A DNA stretch of 64,000 bases from Clostridiales bacterium (GTDB lineage: Bacteria; Bacillota; Clostridia; Saccharofermentanales; Saccharofermentanaceae), in the NCBI GenBank assembly GCA_017513085.1, contig JAFWDK010000019.1:224146-288145 (forward strand). Direction: 5' to 3'. Under the pieces are notes generated by a model. That model saw nothing but the letters and a program-made list of their open reading frames with translations. It did no database searches and was not told the DNA's origin. Shown piece by piece: positions 59,045 through 64,000 of this stretch. A program made the translations under genes and the position numbers. Every line of letters starts with the position of its first letter. Within the stretch, counting starts at the first letter, position 1.

Positions 59045-60367
59045 TCACCCAAAGAACACAGGCACCAGGAAAGATGCAAACAGAATAATAACCGCCCCTC
59101 CAAGTCTTGAGGATATCTGGGCGAACGGCATCAGTTTCATTCTTTTGGAAGCCATAAGAACAGCTACATCTCCGGTTCCGCCCATGTTCGCCATACAGAG
59201 TCCGGCGGTAATCGCCGCTTCGATTGGGTAGAATCCGACTAGTCTTCCGATAAGAGCAGATCCGAGAACTGCGCCAAGGACTGTTACAAGTACAAGCACG
59301 ATGTACTGGAGGTTAAATGCATCAATAATCTGTCCCATGTCGGTATAGGCCATGCCGATACCCAGCATCAGCGCAGCTGTCCAGTTCTTCGACACAAAGG
59401 AATACCAGAGAGAAGCATTCTCTTCATACTCTTCTGGGACAAGATTGAAACACTTGGCTAATGCTACGCCGATGATCATCCAGGCATAGGGATGGATATC
59501 TAATCCCAGCTTCTTAACGAGTAAAGCAACTAAGCAGCCAAAAGCATAAAATGATGTAGCGACGATCACGCCTTTGGCATAACTCTCTACACTTCTATCC
59601 TTAGGCTCTTTCTTCTCTTCCTTAAGCGAGGGATCATCCGAACGCATGAGCGATCCATTACCAGTAAGGGACGGACATGCTTCTCCCAGTCTGTTCAAAA
59701 GGCCACCGCAAACAATAGCGAAAGCATTTCCCAGAGCAACTGCAGGAACCAGACGACTGAGAATAGTCTCCGAAGGAATACTCAATGCACTTTCAAATAC
59801 CTTAGCAATCGGAACCGCACCAGCTCCCATGCCGCCTCCCATGATGGGCATACCAATATAAGCAATCGATTCACCGGCACTCATGCCGAAGAGATAACCA
59901 ACTGCGGCAACTCCTGCAAGGGCTACAACAACAGCTCCGACAATGCAAGGCAGATATCTTATAGCTGCACGAATAAGGAGTTTACGGTTCATGCCAAGGA
60001 TTGATCCTGTGATCAAGGCGGCAATATAGAAATCCAGGAACCCTGCTCCCTTCATGAAGGTGGAACAATTCTCCACAATATCTGTCGGAACAAGATGCCA
60101 GTAAACAATCGCTGCACCCACAAAGATACAGACAATGGCACCGCCTCCGAGGAAGGTTTTCACAAATGGTGTGATATTACCTGTCTGATTGAGAAGTTCA
60201 CCGAACACCATAAGAAACAGGAACGCACCTACCATTCCAGTAGGAAATGCACCCAACACACAGCCGATGATTATGATAAGCGAGATGATAATAAACCACT
60301 TTATTTCAAATCCCGCGATACGGACCTTACGTAAACTAAACTCTTTACTCTTCCTACTCACAAACAT
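59045..60367 (-). CDS. 2-hydroxycarboxylate transporter (citrate/malate, 2-HCT family)
   Basis: FYIAALITGSILGM, PIMGGGMGAG, LTGNGSL, CMANMGGTGDVAVL, ISSRLGG. Confidence 0.92.
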   Translation of the reverse strand: MFVSRKSKEFSLRKVRIAGFEIKWFIIISLIIIIGCVLGAFPTGMVGAFLFLMVFGELLNQTGNITPFVKTFLGGGAIVCIFVGAAIVYWHLVPTDIVENCSTFMKGAGFLDFYIAALITGSILGMNRKLLIRAAIRYLPCIVGAVVVALAGVAAVGYLFGMSAGESIAYIGMPIMGGGMGAGAVPIAKVFESALSIPSETILSRLVPAVALGNAFAIVCGGLLNRLGEACPSLTGNGSLMRSDDPSLKEEKKEPKDRSVESYAKGVIVATSFYAFGCLVALLVKKLGLDIHPYAWMIIGVALAKCFNLVPEEYEENASLWYSFVSKNWTAALMLGIGMAYTDMGQIIDAFNLQYIVLVLVTVLGAVLGSALIGRLVGFYPIEAAITAGLCMANMGGTGDVAVLMASKRMKLMPFAQISSRLGGAVIILFASFLVPVFFG

Positions 60368-60463
60368 TCCCCCAGTCCTGATGTGTGAATAAACGGCCGA
60401 TACCTATTTCCATAATAAGCCATATGGCCGGGATAATCTAGAGGAATACAGAGTTTTCTAAAA

Positions 60464-60503
60464 CAAGTCCCTTCAGCAACCTAAGCATCTGCTGAGGGGA
60501 CTT
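60464..60503. terminator. Hairpin after the AT-rich gene run
   Basis: CAAGTCCCT(T)CAGCA...TGCTGAGGGACTTG. Confidence 0.6.
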
Positions 60504-60575
60504 GAAATAACTTCATTTAGCCATTACAGGAAGTGGAGCTAATGACATTCATAAAGCGTCCGGCAATCTCTTCTG

Positions 60576-61142
60576 CTATCCCAACAAATTGGAATTTGAC
60601 GTTTTGAATAACAATAAAAATTCATCTACATTCTTAACATTAGTTTCTAAAACTGCCTTATATACATCAATACTCTTGTACTGTTCGAAAGAATACAATC
60701 CTCTTGTAATTAGTTCACTTTTAATACTTACAATGATGTCCTTCTGCGTTTGGTTTGTATTGTTTGCGATATTATCGCAATACCTTTCTGCATTGGATAT
60801 AGTTTCTTTATCGAAAAACCATAAGTCAACATTCCACAGTTCTCCTGTAATCATTGTTTCAAATCCATGAAACCAAACCATTTTTCCATCGTCATTCACC
60901 TCTTCTTTTGCTTCATACCATACGGGATGAAATGTATTTATGATGAATGTCGATAAATCATACATCTTATCTAATGACATAGTATCATTTTCAATATCAA
61001 TATCCAAATCATTCCACGCCATCATATCCATTCGATAACTACCAATTATATGTGACTTTCCAATCTCTTCAAGTTTCTTCATCAGACCATATTCATATAA
61101 TATTCGGTCAGCATTTATTTTTCTATCAATATTGCTCAGCAT
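60576..61142 (-). CDS. Putative nucleotidyltransferase-fold protein (AT-rich)
   Basis: IIGSY...NDLDID and a later VDLW fit the GS...DxD...D pattern. Confidence 0.55.
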   Translation of the reverse strand: MLSNIDRKINADRILYEYGLMKKLEEIGKSHIIGSYRMDMMAWNDLDIDIENDTMSLDKMYDLSTFIINTFHPVWYEAKEEVNDDGKMVWFHGFETMITGELWNVDLWFFDKETISNAERYCDNIANNTNQTQKDIIVSIKSELITRGLYSFEQYKSIDVYKAVLETNVKNVDEFLLLFKTSNSNLLG

Positions 61143-61177
61143 TTGTAATTCTCCAAATTCTTAATCATCTCTTCGAC

Positions 61178-61555
61178 CTATTCAAAGTTTTCTAACTGTT
61201 CTACAAAACAGTGATTGTCTAACGATTCGCCCTCGAGCCATTTCGAAACCGTAACATACGTACCATTCTGTAACTTCGTAATGCATTCACCATGACAATT
61301 TTCAACTGCTTCACGTATCTGCATGCCCTGTTTCTTTAAGTGCGCTTGGAACGCAAGTTCTGCCTTATATATCTCGATACGCTCAACTCCTTCATAAAAA
61401 AAATCTGTAGAAAACCCTTCTACCGGCTCATAGATTTGCAGCAAATACTCGTTTCCCACACGATAGGTAAGATTCTCATTGTGTCTCAGTAATTCTATTT
61501 CCGGCACAGTTATATTGTAATGAGCTAACGCTTCTTGTATGTAGTTGCGCTCCAT
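61178..61555 (-). pseudogene. Truncated phosphotransferase (APH/homoserine-kinase type), N-lobe only
   Basis: HNENLTYRV, LLQI, AE, KWLEGESL, then a stop; no HxD or DFD catalytic motifs. Confidence 0.65.
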
Positions 61556-61656
61556 ATTTTGATCCTCCTTCGCTGAAACCAATTCATGTTTATCTAACTG
61601 TTAGACATATTGGAATTTATCTATGCATCAGTTTTGATAACTGTATATGTGCAATA

Positions 61657-61935
61657 CTAGCGACCTTTTCTGAAACGACCGTTTCCATGATATGTATCTA
61701 CGCTACACGTATAAGCCTGTCCACAGTGCTTGCACCTTATTGTGTGTGCAATTAGATCATCAACCCAGTAGCCACTATCATTTTTGACCTTATCCAAATC
61801 ACACGTCTGCGATTCCATCTCAAAGTCACCGGAATCCAGAAGCTTTTGAATGTAGTTCAGGCACTGCATGTATTCTTTATTAGAAGCAAACCATTTAGTT
61901 AATTGAATGTTATCACACACTACACACATTTCCAT
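61657..61935 (-). CDS. Small Cys-rich hypothetical protein
   Basis: CVVC...CKHCG; RBS GAGGAG; TGC-TATAAT -10 at 61988-61996. Confidence 0.65.
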   Translation of the reverse strand: MEMCVVCDNIQLTKWFASNKEYMQCLNYIQKLLDSGDFEMESQTCDLDKVKNDSGYWVDDLIAHTIRCKHCGQAYTCSVDTYHGNGRFRKGR

Positions 61936-62017
61936 TCACTCCTCAACAGCATGTATTCTGATGATTTAATGGACTAGTTACACATGTATTATAGCAGAGG
62001 CATTATTGAAGATACAA

Positions 62018-62052
62018 AACACCTCGGATCATCTGATATGATCCGAGGTGTT
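62018..62052. terminator. Strong hairpin terminator
   Basis: AACACCTCGGATCAT-ctgat-ATGATCCGAGGTGTT, with a T-run on the minus strand. Confidence 0.75.
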
Positions 62053-62084
62053 GGTTCCAGAATTCCTGATATATCATCACTTGA

Positions 62085-62179
62085 TCAATGTGTGATCAAG
62101 AAAACAAATGAGCCGAATCTCTCGCCAATTCCGAAGCACGCATAGGTCGTCGCCATAAAGAGAAGTGCATAAGCTGCAT
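62085..62179 (-). pseudogene. 3' remnant of a paralogue of the 54-aa gene
   Basis: AAYALLFMATTYACFGIGERFGSFVFLITH*; in-frame TAA at 62187-62189 upstream. Confidence 0.65.
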
Positions 62180-62270
62180 GACCAACTTACACTAAGTACA
62201 GTATAGTATAAATTTATTAATAAATATCGTCGGTGGTACTAGAGGCTGTAATATTCATCGATTGTTAACA

Positions 62271-62590
62271 TTACGACACACCTTACGACCAGCAACGCCT
62301 ATATTAAGGCATTTGAACGGTTTTGGTGTCATCCGTCTTTTACGACCAACTCACTGGTGGTACAAAAAGCCTCTTGGAGCTGCGTCCCCCCATCAAACGC
62401 TGATATATCAAGATTTGTCGGAAAAGAGAACGACCTGTGAAGCTTTACGTTTTTCACAGGTCGTTTGTTCAACAATGTAGGATATCTTGTTTTTGCGTAG
62501 CTCGTGCGGGTTGCAAATGCGTCGTTTTACGTTTTTCTTTGTCATAACTTATCGTAGTTACGACAAGTTATGGTCGTAAATTGGTCGTAA
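62271..62590. repeat. Non-coding segment with six TTACGAC/GTCGTAA motifs, paired and inverted at the ends
   Basis: TTACGAC at 62271, 62283, 62340 and 62558; GTCGTAA at 62573 and 62584; internal hairpin AACGACCTGTGAA...TTCACAGGTCGTT. Confidence 0.7.
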
Positions 62591-62769
62591 GTCCTAAAAA
62601 TACCAGAAGTAAGAATCCCGAGATTTCAGGCTTTTTACTTGTCGATGGACTTCATTGTCAGAGAGCCACCACTGACAAGTGCTTTGGGATGGGTATTGGC
62701 ATATTGTACTATAATGGTTCTTGTCACACTAATTTGATTTCACATTATTGAAGATGGGGGAAGCGTTCT

Positions 62770-63372
62770 ATGAGCAACTGGTATGCTGCGGATACTCATT
62801 TTGGTTCGGATTCGAAAGAGGTCATGATCCGGGATAACCGGCCGTTTAGGGACATTCATGAGTATACGGAAGCGCAGGTAAGGATCTGGAATGAACAGGC
62901 ATCTTCGGATGACACTATATATGTCATCGGAGATTTCTGTAACTGCGGTCCCAGGACCGAAAAGAATTTCCGAAGCGGTCTTGCCGTATCCAAGAGGATC
63001 AATGCGCATATCATCCTCATTATCGGAAACAATGAACAGCGAGCCATCGACGAGTGCTTTGACGGGTCTTTTGAAAAGTTCCGGAAATACTGTCTGACTG
63101 ATCCTTCATGCAAGTTCGATGACGTAAAGATGAATGATTATGTGGATATAAAGGGCGAAAAGTTTTTCCTTACGCATAAGCCTACTGATCACGCCAAAGA
63201 CTGTCAGACTCTATTCGGCCACACGCACAGATACGGTGGGCTTTGGAAGTCTTTCGGATTTAATGTCGGCGTGGACTTAAATCACTTCAGGTTATTCAGC
63301 GACGACGACATCATGTTTATGCTCATCCAAAAGAAAAAATACTGGGACGAGGATATGGAGATCAACAACTGA
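62770..63372 (+). CDS. Calcineurin-like metallophosphoesterase
   Basis: ADTHFG, VIGDF, IGNNE, THKP, FGHTH, FNVGVD. Confidence 0.85.
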   Translation: MSNWYAADTHFGSDSKEVMIRDNRPFRDIHEYTEAQVRIWNEQASSDDTIYVIGDFCNCGPRTEKNFRSGLAVSKRINAHIILIIGNNEQRAIDECFDGSFEKFRKYCLTDPSCKFDDVKMNDYVDIKGEKFFLTHKPTDHAKDCQTLFGHTHRYGGLWKSFGFNVGVDLNHFRLFSDDDIMFMLIQKKKYWDEDMEINN

Positions 63373-63625
63373 TCCGATGTCTTGCAAATGTGTTTTAGAT
63401 GATTGTTTTAACTACAAAGTCCGTGTATCTAATCCAAGAATCAAATTGTCTTCAACACAGAACAGTTTCCAAAGTCTTGTACAATTTTCGAGTTTATGCG
63501 GTTCTTGTTGTCTTTTCGTCTTGTTGTAGCCATTAAAATACTTCTTTCTCCGCACGGGTAGCCCCCGTTTCTATGTGTTAGCTACAACAGCGATCTACAC
63601 TTTCAAGAAGAATACTCCGCAACAT

Positions 63626-63680
63626 ATCACATTTTATGAGCCACTTTAAGCTAGTTCATCACATTTTATGAGCCACTTTA
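63626..63680. repeat. Perfect 23-bp direct repeat, 32-bp period
   Basis: ATCACATTTTATGAGCCACTTTA at 63626 and 63658. Confidence 0.85.
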
Positions 63681-63820
63681 TCCATTTATGACCTCACATA
63701 ACATGCTTGCACACCGGAGCACTCATCTGTATCTTATTTGCTTCGTTGTGTGATGCTGGAATATATAGATAAAAGTCAGGGAAACCTTTAAGTTAGGCGA
63801 TTACCTTATAAATTATTCAG

Positions 63821-64000
63821 TCAATACCAGTCATGCTTTTCGCCTCGATCCAGCAAAGTAATCTGCTCCATTTCATCTTCTGTCAGTTCAAACCCAAACA
63901 GATCGAGGTTCTCTTTTATATGATCCGGATTTCCAGATCCCGGTATGACCACAATGCCTCTTTGCAAGTCCCATCTCAGAATGACCTGTGCAGATGATAC
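63821..64000 (-). CDS. C-terminus of an aldo/keto reductase (runs off the window)
   Basis: SAQVILRWDLQRGIVVIPGSGNPDHIKENLDLFGFELTEDEM...KHDWY*. Confidence 0.88.
   Translation of the reverse strand, partial: VSSAQVILRWDLQRGIVVIPGSGNPDHIKENLDLFGFELTEDEMEQITLLDRGEKHDWY

Overview
A 64-kb chromosomal window of moderate GC, probably from an anaerobic Clostridia-class Firmicute (SigA-type promoters, GGAGG RBSs, LytTR systems, DUF4214-type surface protein). It is an accessory-gene mosaic with no rRNA, tRNA, cas, integrase or transposase that I can recognise. It holds ABC solute-binding proteins, three aldo/keto-reductase loci, c-di-GMP and phosphorelay genes, two LytTR-controlled operons, acyltransferase-3 proteins, a stand-alone MutS-domain ATPase and an AAA/DUF4143 ATPase. 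The most unusual signals are: (1) an AT-rich cassette-like run at 60.5-62.0 kb whose genes are separated by a shared palindromic site, with one gene truncated exactly at such a site, next to a 320-bp segment of inverted TTACGAC pairs resembling integrase arm sites; (2) an apparently catalytically dead, membrane-anchored rolling-circle Rep homologue at 8.4-9.1 kb; (3) a 7-unit, 63-bp-period palindromic non-CRISPR array at 18.7-19.2 kb; (4) four AAAAGTGC boxes at exact 23-bp phase upstream of the AAA/DUF4143 gene; (5) unusual fusions (MntP-ZIP, AraC-GGDEF, double ectodomain plus double acyltransferase-3); (6) an unannotated 54-aa gene and its truncated paralogue 5.1 kb away. All family calls are motif recognition by eye, not database searches.
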